Assembly: GCA_964573695.1 (NCBI GenBank) | Contig: CAZNKB010000004.1 | Span: forward strand, 14,214-78,213 | Direction: 5' to 3' | Source of the DNA: an uncultured Gammaproteobacteria bacterium | Lineage (GTDB): Bacteria; Patescibacteriota; Microgenomatia; UBA10105; UBA927 | DNA: 64,000 bases | Part shown: one piece after another, positions 10,363 to 20,326 of the stretch | Numbering within the stretch: position 1 is the first letter of the stretch | Layout: each line of letters starts with the position of its first letter | Program-made: the position numbers and the translations under genes | Notes under the pieces: model-generated | The model's database searches: none | Told to the model about the DNA's origin: nothing | Seen by the model: only the letters and a program-made list of their open reading frames with translations

Positions 10363-12294
10363 ATGGCCGAACCTTCTAAACTTACCACATTGTTAAACTC
10401 AATTATGGGCTCGTCCGCCCAGTCAAAAATACACCCGTCAACGCCGTCACAGCAACCTCTTTCTGTAACAGATATCATAGCTCCTCCCGCTATAGAGGTA
10501 GATTTTGACCTTCTCAAAGTCGGTGACTGGTACTACCGGTCTCTCTTCGTGGCCGGATACCCTCGTTTCGTTGCGGCCAACTGGCTGGAACCGCTTGTTT
10601 CGTTTAATCATACCCTTGATATCTCGATGTATGTCTATCCCACCCGAAGCGAAGAGATACTCGAAAACCTGAAGCGCAAAGTAGGAGAAATGGAGGCCAC
10701 CATACAGTCAGACCTAAAGCGCGGCAGGGTTATAGAGCCCTCTGTTCAGGTAGCACTTGAAGACGCCCTCGCTCTCCAGCAGGAGCTTGCAAAAGGCTCA
10801 GAACGGTTTTTCCAGTTCGGGCTCTACGTCACGATTCCGGCAAAAACCAGGGAGGACCTCGATAAAACCACCAAACAAGTGGAGGCAACGCTCGGCTCGC
10901 TTCTTATCGTTACCAAAAAATCGATTCTCCAAATGGAAGAGGGCATGAAAACGACGCTCCCCATGGGCAAGGACAGGGTCCTTGTTACGCGCAACATGGA
11001 TACTACTTCGCTTGCAACAACATTTCCTTTTACCACAAGCGAGCTTACGGCAAACGAAGGGATTCTTTACGGCCTAAACGAGCACAATGATTCGCTTATT
11101 ATTTTCGATCGGTTCACGCTCGAAAATGCCAATTCTGTTGTATTTGGAAAATCAGGAGGGGGGAAGAGTTACATGGTGAAGCTTGAAATCATGCGAAGTC
11201 TCATGTTTGACACTGAGGTAATCGTTATTGATCCGGAAAATGAATATGAAAACCTCACACACACGCTTGGCGGAGAATATATCCGGTTTCGTTTCGGATC
11301 CCAAACCAAACTCAACCCGTTTGATTTGGCGCTTTTAGGGTCCGATCTTGATGACCAAAGCGAACTAAGTCAAAAAGTACTATCTTTGCACGGATTCTTC
11401 CGTGTGGTCATGGGAAAACTTACCCCCACGGAAGACGCGCTCTTAGACCGCGCCCTCATCCTAACCTACAAACAAAAAGGGATTACTCCTGACCCGTCGA
11501 CCCACAAAAAAGAGCCGCCACTCATGGAAGATCTCTACAAAACGCTCGTCGGCATGGAGGAGGTGCTGGCGAAAGGCCTGGCCGACCGTATAGAAAAATT
11601 TGTAAAAGGCAGCTTGGTGGGGATATTTGATCAGCAAACAAATGTGTCGATTAGAAACCAGTTGACCGTGTTCTCGATACGCGACCTTGAAGATGAACTC
11701 CGACCGATCGCTATGTATCTTATCCTCGATTTTATATGGAACAAAATCCGTCATGACAAAAAACGCCGGTTACTCATTGTTGATGAGGCCTGGTATATGA
11801 TGAAGTATCCGGACTCTGCCCAATTTCTCTATGGAATTGCCAAGCGGGCAAGAAAATATTACCTTGGTCTCACCACGATCACCCAAGATGTGGAGGATTT
11901 TATGGCAACGGAAATGGGCAAGGCTATCATCCAAAACAGCAGTATGCAGATACTACTCAAACAGTCTTCTGCGGCTATAGACACGATCGCACAGGTTTTT
12001 TATTTGTCTGAGGGAGAAAAACACCTGCTTCTTGCGGCTGATGTAGGACAGGGGTTATTTTTCGCGGGCCCCGCCCACGCAGCCATGAGGGTAATCGCAA
12101 GTCCGGAAGAGCATGAGGTGGCGACAACCCGACCCCAGGAAACGCTAAAAAATCAAGAGGCGCTCGCCCAACAGTCTCTGGACAAGCCCTTATCAACAAA
12201 CGTCCCTATTATTAAGGAAACGGCCCCCGTGCTTCCCAAATCAAATCGCCCTATATTCACCGTAGAAACGGTACAAAACAGTAAAACCGGGTAA
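10363..12294 (+). CDS. virB4: VirB4-like secretion ATPase
   Basis: ENANSVVFGKSGGGKS (Walker A), VIDPENEY, LNPFD, LLIVDEAW (Walker B), KRARKYYLGLTTITQDVEDF. Confidence 0.9.
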   Translation: MAEPSKLTTLLNSIMGSSAQSKIHPSTPSQQPLSVTDIIAPPAIEVDFDLLKVGDWYYRSLFVAGYPRFVAANWLEPLVSFNHTLDISMYVYPTRSEEILENLKRKVGEMEATIQSDLKRGRVIEPSVQVALEDALALQQELAKGSERFFQFGLYVTIPAKTREDLDKTTKQVEATLGSLLIVTKKSILQMEEGMKTTLPMGKDRVLVTRNMDTTSLATTFPFTTSELTANEGILYGLNEHNDSLIIFDRFTLENANSVVFGKSGGGKSYMVKLEIMRSLMFDTEVIVIDPENEYENLTHTLGGEYIRFRFGSQTKLNPFDLALLGSDLDDQSELSQKVLSLHGFFRVVMGKLTPTEDALLDRALILTYKQKGITPDPSTHKKEPPLMEDLYKTLVGMEEVLAKGLADRIEKFVKGSLVGIFDQQTNVSIRNQLTVFSIRDLEDELRPIAMYLILDFIWNKIRHDKKRRLLIVDEAWYMMKYPDSAQFLYGIAKRARKYYLGLTTITQDVEDFMATEMGKAIIQNSSMQILLKQSSAAIDTIAQVFYLSEGEKHLLLAADVGQGLFFAGPAHAAMRVIASPEEHEVATTRPQETLKNQEALAQQSLDKPLSTNVPIIKETAPVLPKSNRPIFTVETVQNSKTG

Positions 12295-12299
12295 AACGT

Positions 12300-14483
12300 A
12301 TGGCAAGTGACGCTCAGCCGCTTAAAGAATTTACAGAGAACCTGCTGTCTGACGTTTCTTTGGGAAACATTTCTGTTTATGAGGCCATTGCAGCAGCAAG
12401 TCAGTATGCATACCTTCGGGATCTGATTATTTCAGAAAAAGAAACGCTTGGACAGGCGGAGATCATGGGGGAAAAAGATCTCATCCGGGCATTCGAATCA
12501 ATCGTTTCCCGCGCATCCAAAAAACTTACGGAACTTCCGAATTTTCAAAACCAGTCTCCTGATCAACAACTGCGAGAAGATGACGTTCGGGCGCTTGCGG
12601 AAGTTCGTAAATATGCAGCAACCAGGATAAAGGAAGCCGCGCAAAACAACGTCAGAAACCAAAAGCCAGAGCGGCGCGCTTTTATTCACGATCTTGTTAA
12701 CAAATTCAGTTCAACCGTGCCGACACTTACCGACGAAAAAATTGGGGTTGCGGTTGACCACGCGCTTATCGCCGCAGCAGGAGAAGCCACACAGAAACAG
12801 ACCAGGGAACGTTTTGCCGAACTTCTTATGGCGTCAAGCGAGATATCAATGCCCGAGCTTACACCGCAACAGGCAAACAGTCTAAAAAAAGAAATTGAAA
12901 TGGCAACAAATACGAACGACTCGTATATTTCTGAAGTGACGAAACAGAATAAACGCAACAACCAGCTTGTTACCATGCTCTATGAAAAAACCGATATGCA
13001 GCGTCCGGACGTATTTATCGATATCGTATTAAATGCAAAAGATACCGAGCCCGTATCTTCCTTGTTCTTGCGCGCAGAAAAACTTGCGGAGGTTGCTCAG
13101 TCTCTGGAAAACCATCCCAAGCGGGACGGTGGATCGCTTCAGTTTTTTTCCGCTGGTGGAGCTCGTGGAGTGGCAAAGGGGCTACAACAAGGAGCCGACG
13201 GCGTCCTTTCTCTCGTCGGAGAACCCGTGAGAGAGATGATTATTCACGAAAAAGTCAATGGGACACTCCGGGCAATGCTCTCAAATACACAGCGGTTTGC
13301 CGACCGATTAGGTGAAAATTTCGTGCACAGCGCATTGTTTGCTCACGTTGCCCAGGACTTAACTCGCCAACTCTCGGAAAGACCAACAGGGGGACAGGTA
13401 AGAACTGTGTTTGATGACGTATTTTCCTCCGTATTCCGCGGCCCTTTTAATCCTGCCCTTGCGCGTGGGGCACAAGATCGGTTATTGGACTATTTCGAGC
13501 TTGCTCGGGCAAACGCACAATCTCCAAAAGGCAGGGCGTTTCTTCGTTCAGAAATGCGCCTTTGGGACGCGTTTCGCGTATTTGACCAGCAAAGAGCCGT
13601 CGAGACAACAAGGCGCTCCACCCGCGGCGCTTTCTGGCTCCCCTTTTTTGGATTTCGATCACTTAGCAACTTATTCGGGAACACCGTGGGAACATTGGTC
13701 GACAATACCACTTCGTTTCTATTAACAAACCCTTTTGTTCCACGACAATTATCCCGATCGAGAAGGGCGGCAGCAATTCCTACTCCCATAGGGGAGGATA
13801 TGCCCCTTTTGACTGCGCTTATTGTGGTGGGGGCAGTTGTACTACTTTTTGTCTTCCCGTCTCCACTAAATCTCTCTCAGCTTTCTCATAGTGCAAAAGT
13901 GAGCGCGATATTTGCGTCGCTCAGGCGCTACAAAGAAACTGTGCAAAACATAACAAGCGGCAACATCCAGGCAACAACGTTCGTGTGCACATGGAGCGGA
14001 TCATCTCCTGTTTCCCCTATTAGCACGTGTCCTGTCCGTGCGCCGATTACCCAGGGGCCATTTAGTCCGAGCGGGTCACACAAAACATTAAACGCATATG
14101 ATTTTGGCGCAAGCCAGGGAACCCCCGTCGTAGCCGCCCATGATGCATATGTCGCTTCGTATGTTAACTCGTATGCCCCATACCAGTATAAATACGGAAG
14201 TTATGGCAACAACGTCGTCCTGGTGGCCACTGACCCCTCAAGCAATCAACAATATTGCACGAATTACGCGCATTTATTGGATGTTTCTCCTCAGGTAGCA
14301 GCAAGTTCAGGAAAACCCACGTTGATACCCGCGGGTACGGTTATAGGGTACGTCGACACAACAGGATATACTTATGGGTGTATAGGTAATAAATGTGGCG
14401 AGGGGTATGGCACTCATCTCCACTGGGGGTACAAAGGGCCAAACCAATCAACGCCGTTCCCGCTTCCACCCGGGTGCCCATAA
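12300..14483 (+). CDS. Membrane-anchored protein with a C-terminal M23-family peptidoglycan peptidase domain
   Basis: About 500-aa helical N-terminus, TM helix (LLTALIVVGAVVLLFVF), then HKTLNAYD (HxxxD), GTPVVAAHD, YGNNVVL, YAHL, GYVDTTG and HLH (HxH). Confidence 0.8.
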   Translation: MASDAQPLKEFTENLLSDVSLGNISVYEAIAAASQYAYLRDLIISEKETLGQAEIMGEKDLIRAFESIVSRASKKLTELPNFQNQSPDQQLREDDVRALAEVRKYAATRIKEAAQNNVRNQKPERRAFIHDLVNKFSSTVPTLTDEKIGVAVDHALIAAAGEATQKQTRERFAELLMASSEISMPELTPQQANSLKKEIEMATNTNDSYISEVTKQNKRNNQLVTMLYEKTDMQRPDVFIDIVLNAKDTEPVSSLFLRAEKLAEVAQSLENHPKRDGGSLQFFSAGGARGVAKGLQQGADGVLSLVGEPVREMIIHEKVNGTLRAMLSNTQRFADRLGENFVHSALFAHVAQDLTRQLSERPTGGQVRTVFDDVFSSVFRGPFNPALARGAQDRLLDYFELARANAQSPKGRAFLRSEMRLWDAFRVFDQQRAVETTRRSTRGAFWLPFFGFRSLSNLFGNTVGTLVDNTTSFLLTNPFVPRQLSRSRRAAAIPTPIGEDMPLLTALIVVGAVVLLFVFPSPLNLSQLSHSAKVSAIFASLRRYKETVQNITSGNIQATTFVCTWSGSSPVSPISTCPVRAPITQGPFSPSGSHKTLNAYDFGASQGTPVVAAHDAYVASYVNSYAPYQYKYGSYGNNVVLVATDPSSNQQYCTNYAHLLDVSPQVAASSGKPTLIPAGTVIGYVDTTGYTYGCIGNKCGEGYGTHLHWGYKGPNQSTPFPLPPGCP

Positions 14484-14485
14484 TT

Positions 14486-15490
14486 ATGAATAGAACACAA
14501 ATCATAATCGTCTTTATTTTTGTTTTTGCATTGCTCACGTCCCTTTGGGTCGTATTCTCTAAAAAACCAAGACAGCAACAGACGCTCCCTCCTCAGCTGT
14601 TTGTAACCCCTGTTCCCATTCGTCCTTCGGCCATGCCTCAGTCAATATCCAATAGCCCGGTCACTTATTTGGGCGAACTGCTCTTCACTGCTCCAAAAAC
14701 TGTCCCGTATTATTCGATAAACAGACGAAGAGACTTTGAAACGGAGCGGGCAAGGCTTTTTGCGTTCTATAACATCGCTGCCCCACCAACAACAATCATC
14801 GGTGCTAGGGGGCGGTACGCAAGCTTCGTTCAGGGTGGAAAATCCGGCACGATATCAGAAAACCCTCTAACGTTTGTTGTTCGCGCTTCGGCAACCTCCA
14901 ACAAGACCATAACAAGCGACGCAAATGCTTACCTCTCGGGGGTTACAGGCGCCCTAACCGAGCTATCCTTGCTCCCCTCGTTGTTCGTCCCAACGATTAC
15001 CTCCCAACGATATTTTAAGTTCGATGAATCACACCCTACGGATTTAAAATCTCCAGAGGGAGCCTTGGTTACTCGGTTGGATCTCACTGCTTCGATTGAG
15101 GGGGCGCCTCTCTTTATTGGTGATGCCGATACCCCTGTCTTTTCCGCTAGCTTTAATGGGGATAATACGTTAGTTGAGCTTCGCAGCTCGATCCTACCTG
15201 ATATTACCCGCGAAAAAAACAGTGTCGAAATAATCTCGTACGACGAGGCGCTTCGTAGGCTCAAATCTAACACAGGAATTTTCTCTAGCGTCTCGCTGAC
15301 AAGCGCCGGTGACAAGGAATTCATGACGGGAGCTCTCCCGGACAACATAAAAATCGAGAGAGTAACGCTCGGATACTATTATTCAAATATCCAGGACTAT
15401 CTTATTCCGGTTTTTGTATTTTCCGGATCCGCTCAAGAACCAGGAGGGCCCGCCGTTCTTCGCACGACAACTGTCGTCTCTGCTTTATGA
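14486..15490 (+). CDS. Membrane-anchored extracytoplasmic protein, YycH/YycI-like C-terminus
   Basis: Start reassigned to ATG 14486, 2 nt after the upstream stop; N-terminal TM helix; C-terminal 'IISYDEALRRL...IERVTLGYY...LIPVFVFSG'. Confidence 0.55.
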   Translation: MNRTQIIIVFIFVFALLTSLWVVFSKKPRQQQTLPPQLFVTPVPIRPSAMPQSISNSPVTYLGELLFTAPKTVPYYSINRRRDFETERARLFAFYNIAAPPTTIIGARGRYASFVQGGKSGTISENPLTFVVRASATSNKTITSDANAYLSGVTGALTELSLLPSLFVPTITSQRYFKFDESHPTDLKSPEGALVTRLDLTASIEGAPLFIGDADTPVFSASFNGDNTLVELRSSILPDITREKNSVEIISYDEALRRLKSNTGIFSSVSLTSAGDKEFMTGALPDNIKIERVTLGYYYSNIQDYLIPVFVFSGSAQEPGGPAVLRTTTVVSAL

Positions 15491-16591
15491 TGTCACTCGC
15501 ACCGGCATGATGATATGAAGATAAGAATCGTCTTTCGCGGGCTTGAACAAACCGGAGTTAAGAGATCCTGTCATTTCAAAAATAAATTCTTCTTCCTGAT
15601 AATTAGAAAGAAAATCAAGTAGGAACCGACTATTAAACGCGATTTCACCCCCGTCACCGTCTATTTTTGCTTGTAGCTCAATCGAGTTTTTTCCCACTTG
15701 TGCGGCGTTTGCGGAAACCACAATTTTTTGTTTATCAAGGTTTAGCCTAACAATGTTTGCGTTGTCCCTGGCAAAAATCGCGGCAGACCGAACAGCCCGC
15801 AGCAGCCCTTCTTTTTCGATCAGCGCCCTGGTTGTGAATGTTTTTGGGATAATCCGTTCAAAGTTTGGATATTCTCCTTCAAGCAACCTGGTAAGAAGCG
15901 TGGTTTCCCCCACAACGAATCCCACCTGGTTGTCTCCTGCTGGACCCACACGAATATCCTCGCTTGTTTTTTCTTCCCCCGACAACTTCACAACCTCAGC
16001 AAGGGCTTTGGCTGGAATAATCGCCTGAGAAAGATTTTTTGCTGAAAACGCCATTCTGTGAAGCGATAGTCGGTATCCGTCGGTTGCAACAAAAAGCGTT
16101 TTCTCCCCTTCATCAATGACTTTCACGCCTGTAAGCATCGGTCTCCCTTCATCTGTCGCGGCCGCAAACAAAACATTAGAGAGCGTCGAGATGAGCGCGC
16201 TTTTATTTATGCTCCCCGCGTCTTTTAATGAGAGCTGTGGCACGGGAGGAAATTCTGTCGCGGCTATGGTCGGTAACTCTGCCTCAAAGCCCGCGCTTGA
16301 AACAAACAGCCTCTCTTCCTTAACACACAAGTGGATCGTCTCAGGCGGAAGAGTTGCGACAAATTCGAAAAGCACCCTCGCTGAAACACATATTGCCCCC
16401 TCTTTCTCAACCTTGCCTCCCACCCAAACGGTTTCCGTCGTTTCCATGTTTGTTCCGGTGAGTTCTAACCCGTCTTTTGTAGCTGTAAGTCGAATATTCT
16501 GCAATACAGGAAGCTGCGGCTTCGTTGGTACTATCCGCGTGACGTGAGTAAGGGCTTTCTGAAGGTTTTCCTGTAAAAGCTTTATATTCAT
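15485..16591 (-). CDS. dnaN: DNA polymerase III beta sliding clamp
   Basis: ATDGYRLS, RLLEGEYPNFERIIP, IAFNSRFLLDFL, C-terminal IIMPVR; downstream of dnaA. Confidence 0.97.
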   Translation of the reverse strand: MNIKLLQENLQKALTHVTRIVPTKPQLPVLQNIRLTATKDGLELTGTNMETTETVWVGGKVEKEGAICVSARVLFEFVATLPPETIHLCVKEERLFVSSAGFEAELPTIAATEFPPVPQLSLKDAGSINKSALISTLSNVLFAAATDEGRPMLTGVKVIDEGEKTLFVATDGYRLSLHRMAFSAKNLSQAIIPAKALAEVVKLSGEEKTSEDIRVGPAGDNQVGFVVGETTLLTRLLEGEYPNFERIIPKTFTTRALIEKEGLLRAVRSAAIFARDNANIVRLNLDKQKIVVSANAAQVGKNSIELQAKIDGDGGEIAFNSRFLLDFLSNYQEEEFIFEMTGSLNSGLFKPAKDDSYLHIIMPVRVTS

Positions 16592-16771
16592 ATAACTTAA
16601 TAAGCAGTAGTAATAAGAATTAGGCGTGGAAAAGTGTATGTTTTTTTGATTTACGTGTCAACGGCAAGACAAAACCATGAATTTGTTTGTGGATAAGTAA
16701 TGCCAAAAGCGGCAAAAACGGTGGAGAAATAAGTGGATAAAAGAGCTCGGTTTGTGGATAAGTGGAAAACA
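16592..16771. other. Replication origin (oriC) between dnaA and dnaN
   Basis: Perfect DnaA boxes TGTGGATAA at 16688-16696 and 16753-16761; near-matches at 16625-16633, 16732-16740 and 16761-16769; DnaA-trio-like TAA/TAG tract at about 16598-16622 next to the last box. Confidence 0.85.
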
Positions 16772-18139
16772 TCATAAAGCAGAGGCCCATAACTTTTGTT
16801 TTATCCCCGTTACGGCAGAACGCAGCGACTCATTTGTGGACAGTTCTTGGGTAATTGTCTCGACGCCGTGCATAATAGTCGTGTGGTCGCGCCCACCCAA
16901 GGACCCGCCGATGTCGTCGTACGTGAGTCCGAGCTCTGTCTTGGATAAATACATATACACTTGTCTGGGGCGCGCAATCGGGCGATCTCTTTTCGGGCCC
17001 TTAAGCAGTGTCGGTTTAATGTCGAAATACGTTGCAACCGCCTCCAAAAGCTCCTGTGAAGTAACGCGTTTTGCGGTTTTTGTGGGACCCATTGCCGACG
17101 ATTTTGTGTTAAGAAGGGACGAGACAAGCTCCGGTGTAATCGGTTGCGGCTTGGCGGCAAGCTCAGTGGTTAGTCGTCGCAAAAACCCCTCTATTGCTCT
17201 GGCATCCACAACATTTGCTGCGATAATTTGAGCTACGTCGTTGGGCACTGCAAGGCCCAAGGTCTTGGCTTTAATGTTTACAATTGCGGCTCGGAGTTCA
17301 AAGTCGGGCGGAGAGATGTCAACGATGAGCCCGCCCTCAAATCTGCTTCGGAGACGGTCTTCGAGGCGGGCAATTTCGTGTGGCGGCCGGTCGCTCGTCA
17401 ACAACACCTGTCCTCCTTCCCGTAGCACCGCGTTAAACGTATGGAAAAACTCCTCCTGCGCTGTTTGTTTTCCTGCTATAAATTGGACGTCGTCAACCAT
17501 GAGGAGCTCGGCTCCTCGGTATTTTTGTTTAAACTGGCGAGCTGTTTTTGTTTGGATTGCTTCTATTATCTCGTTTAAGAACTCCTCACCCATGCAATAC
17601 ACAACCCGAAGAGACGGCTTTGCAATCAAAAGGGAGTTGGCTATGGCGTACATAAGGTGGGTCTTTCCTACCCCGACCCCACCATAAAGAAACAGCGGAT
17701 TATAAGCATTTGCAATTGTTTTTGAAACCGCGGTTGCTGCTGCGTATGCCAGTTGATTTGTTGTAGAAACGGCGTAATTGTCAAACGTCAAATCAGGATT
17801 GATGTGTAGCTTACGAGCCCGAGAAACAGTGTTGGATTCCCCTTCGAGTACCTGAGCAAACAACGGGCCGGGGCTTCTTTCCTCTGAGTCTTTTTTGGGC
17901 AATACAAGAAAAACGAGGCTGACATTGTTGCCTGTTTTGTGATCAACAATACTTTTGATGAGGCTATAATATCTTGTCTCTGCGAGCGTGCGCATGATAG
18001 GGCTGGGGAATCCAACAGACGCAACGTCCCCGCTTAGGCTGACAAGCTCTGAGTGAGCAAAATGCGTGTGATAGGTGGCTTTAGAAACCGACAACTCAAT
18101 TTCTGCAAGCACCGATTTCCAGAGTCTGTTTAAGTCCAT
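16772..18139 (-). CDS. dnaA: Chromosomal replication initiator DnaA
   Basis: YNPLFLYGGVGVGKTHL, LLMVDDVQF, QEEFFHTFN, TSDRPP, RLRSRFEGGL, GGRDHTTIMHG. Confidence 0.98.
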   Translation of the reverse strand: MDLNRLWKSVLAEIELSVSKATYHTHFAHSELVSLSGDVASVGFPSPIMRTLAETRYYSLIKSIVDHKTGNNVSLVFLVLPKKDSEERSPGPLFAQVLEGESNTVSRARKLHINPDLTFDNYAVSTTNQLAYAAATAVSKTIANAYNPLFLYGGVGVGKTHLMYAIANSLLIAKPSLRVVYCMGEEFLNEIIEAIQTKTARQFKQKYRGAELLMVDDVQFIAGKQTAQEEFFHTFNAVLREGGQVLLTSDRPPHEIARLEDRLRSRFEGGLIVDISPPDFELRAAIVNIKAKTLGLAVPNDVAQIIAANVVDARAIEGFLRRLTTELAAKPQPITPELVSSLLNTKSSAMGPTKTAKRVTSQELLEAVATYFDIKPTLLKGPKRDRPIARPRQVYMYLSKTELGLTYDDIGGSLGGRDHTTIMHGVETITQELSTNESLRSAVTGIKQKLWASAL

Positions 18140-18159
18140 ATGTGGGGCAAGGAGCAGCG

Positions 18160-18206
18160 TGTGGATAAGTTGTCCACATAGTAATCACCACGCACTTTTT
18201 TGTCAA
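18160..18206 (-). promoter_or_regulatory. dnaA promoter overlapped by two inverted DnaA boxes (autoregulation)
   Basis: Minus strand TTGACA (18201-18206), 17 nt, TACTAT (18178-18183); DnaA boxes TGTGGATAA (18160-18168) and TTGTCCACA (18170-18178). Confidence 0.75.
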
Positions 18207-18247
18207 GTATCCCAAAGGACCGCGGTTGGCTATGATACACTAAATTC

Positions 18248-20257
18248 GTGAGAAGATACTTTATGGCAGTAGCAACGCGCTTACGAACAGCGCTCCCGAC
18301 AGACAGGTTTGTTTTGGTTTTTTTTGTTTTGTTGTTTTTGGCGCTTTTTTTTGGTGATGGAAAACAAGCCGTTGTTGAGGTTTATGGCGCCGCCGTTGTG
18401 TTGATGATTTGGTTTTTTCGTTTGTCACAGATTAACGCCCCTATTAGTAAGCTCCCCCGCCTGGTCGCCAATTCCTGGATTTTTGTGTTTATTGCGGCGA
18501 CACTATCAACACTAACGTCCGATAGTGTTGGATTTTCAATTTCTTGGGGCGTCCGGCTCCTAAGCGGTTTTCTCGTATATCAGGTGTTTTATGATTTGTC
18601 CTCGGCGCGTATTGAGACGGCCGTTTCCCGCAGTATGATTGCGGTCGCCGCCGCCGCGACCACCACCTCGTTGATTTTTGGTCTTTTTCCATGGTTTCAA
18701 TCGGTGCTCCCCTCCATGAACTTAATCAGCAGAAGTTACGGACACAGTCACCTGGCAGATCTTCTTGTTTTTGTTTTTCCCTTGGTGTGGGGAGCCGTTG
18801 TCTCACAACAGTTTTTTCGCGGTGCGGCAGTAATGCTTTTGTATTCGGGGGCGTTGTTGTTTACGCTGGCTCGAACAGCCTGGATTGTTGTTTTTGGAGG
18901 TGTTTTTGTGAGCGCGTTTTACCTGAGGAAAATTCAAATCAAAGCACTCCTTGTTCTCGCTCTTTGTTTTGGGATAGTTTTGTGCGTGGTGTTTTTTGGA
19001 AAATCATACCTGATAAAGAAAGGAACCCCTCTGCAATCCTACACAAGGCCAGAGTCGGTCGCTTTCCGGGTTGAATACTGGAACCAGGCGCTCAAGGGTT
19101 TTATGGAGCGTCCAATTACAGGAAACGGGCCGGGAACGTTTTCTCTCGTTTCCACCCGGTTTCAAAAACATCCACTCTCCGCCTCGTGGTTTGCGCATAG
19201 TCAGCCGCTTCAGTTGCTGGCGGAACAGGGAGCTGTTGGTTTTTTGGCGTTTGGCGGATTATTACTCTCTCATGTTTTGATTTGGTACAAAGAGAAATCG
19301 AAATTTAAAAAGGGCGCCACAACAGAAGCGCTTATTTTGGGGTGTGCTCTTGTTGTGGGGTATGGCCTTTTTGAATACGTTCTTGATTACTTTGTCATAT
19401 GGATCATGCTCTTTGCTGTGGCGGGGTTGATTACCGGGAGAATTGCAGAAAAAAAGGCGGAGCCCGGCGCAATTGGGGTCAAAATCGCACTTATCGTTAT
19501 CGGTGTGTACTATATTCTTTGGGTGAGCAGTAACGGAGCTGCGTTACTTTCGAAAAAATATGACGCCGCGTTTCTTCTCGCTCCTTTTGATGCCCCCCAA
19601 ACACTGCTTTATCTTGATAAAAACACAGGGAATCTAGGTCACACGACCCGGTCGTTGGCGTTGTTTTTTCACAAGAGAAACCCACAGATTCTTGACGCCC
19701 TGAGTAAGGATGCGCAAAAAACAGGAGATCACGACAAGTCGCTAGCGCTTGCTAAGCTCGCTTTGTACGCCGACCCACAAAACTTAGAATTACTATCGCG
19801 ATATTTTTCCTTGCATTCTTTGTCGGGAAGCGTATATACCGGGGAGGAAATGCTGGAGTTTTTGAAGTACGCGCTCCCCGACCGTTATGGATCCTATGCG
19901 GAGTCATTTTCACCGTATGTTAAAGAGATAAATGACGCAACACACGATATTTTTACAACACCCGAGCCGCTTCGCGAGGGGGTTGTGTCCCTTTTATATT
20001 TAATTGGACTAAAACAGCTGCATGATCGTCCCCATATCACACTTCTGTTTTGGAATCTGGCAAAAGACATAAGCCCGGATTACGCGGCCATGTATATAGA
20101 GTTGGCCATGTACTATCAACACATTGAGCACAACGATAAGAAAGCACAGGAGGTATTGCGTGAATGCGCAACTCGAGAGTCTCCTCGGGACCAGTGCCGC
20201 GCCTTTTTTGACACGGAGCTTCTTCCCCCGGGAGATTACTATGAGGCGATGAGGTAG
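18248..20257 (+). CDS. O-antigen ligase/Wzy_C-family membrane protein with a TPR-like C-terminal region
   Basis: About 12 TM segments, TLARTAW, 'RVEYWNQALKGFMERPITGNGPGTF', AHS..LQLLAEQG; helical C-terminal repeats. Confidence 0.8.
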   Translation: MRRYFMAVATRLRTALPTDRFVLVFFVLLFLALFFGDGKQAVVEVYGAAVVLMIWFFRLSQINAPISKLPRLVANSWIFVFIAATLSTLTSDSVGFSISWGVRLLSGFLVYQVFYDLSSARIETAVSRSMIAVAAAATTTSLIFGLFPWFQSVLPSMNLISRSYGHSHLADLLVFVFPLVWGAVVSQQFFRGAAVMLLYSGALLFTLARTAWIVVFGGVFVSAFYLRKIQIKALLVLALCFGIVLCVVFFGKSYLIKKGTPLQSYTRPESVAFRVEYWNQALKGFMERPITGNGPGTFSLVSTRFQKHPLSASWFAHSQPLQLLAEQGAVGFLAFGGLLLSHVLIWYKEKSKFKKGATTEALILGCALVVGYGLFEYVLDYFVIWIMLFAVAGLITGRIAEKKAEPGAIGVKIALIVIGVYYILWVSSNGAALLSKKYDAAFLLAPFDAPQTLLYLDKNTGNLGHTTRSLALFFHKRNPQILDALSKDAQKTGDHDKSLALAKLALYADPQNLELLSRYFSLHSLSGSVYTGEEMLEFLKYALPDRYGSYAESFSPYVKEINDATHDIFTTPEPLREGVVSLLYLIGLKQLHDRPHITLLFWNLAKDISPDYAAMYIELAMYYQHIEHNDKKAQEVLRECATRESPRDQCRAFFDTELLPPGDYYEAMR

Positions 20258-20326
20258 CGCTTCTTGTTTTTGGCGCACCGTGTAAAATGGTAACGAATAT
20301 TGCCCGCGTGTGCTACACTTTACCGT

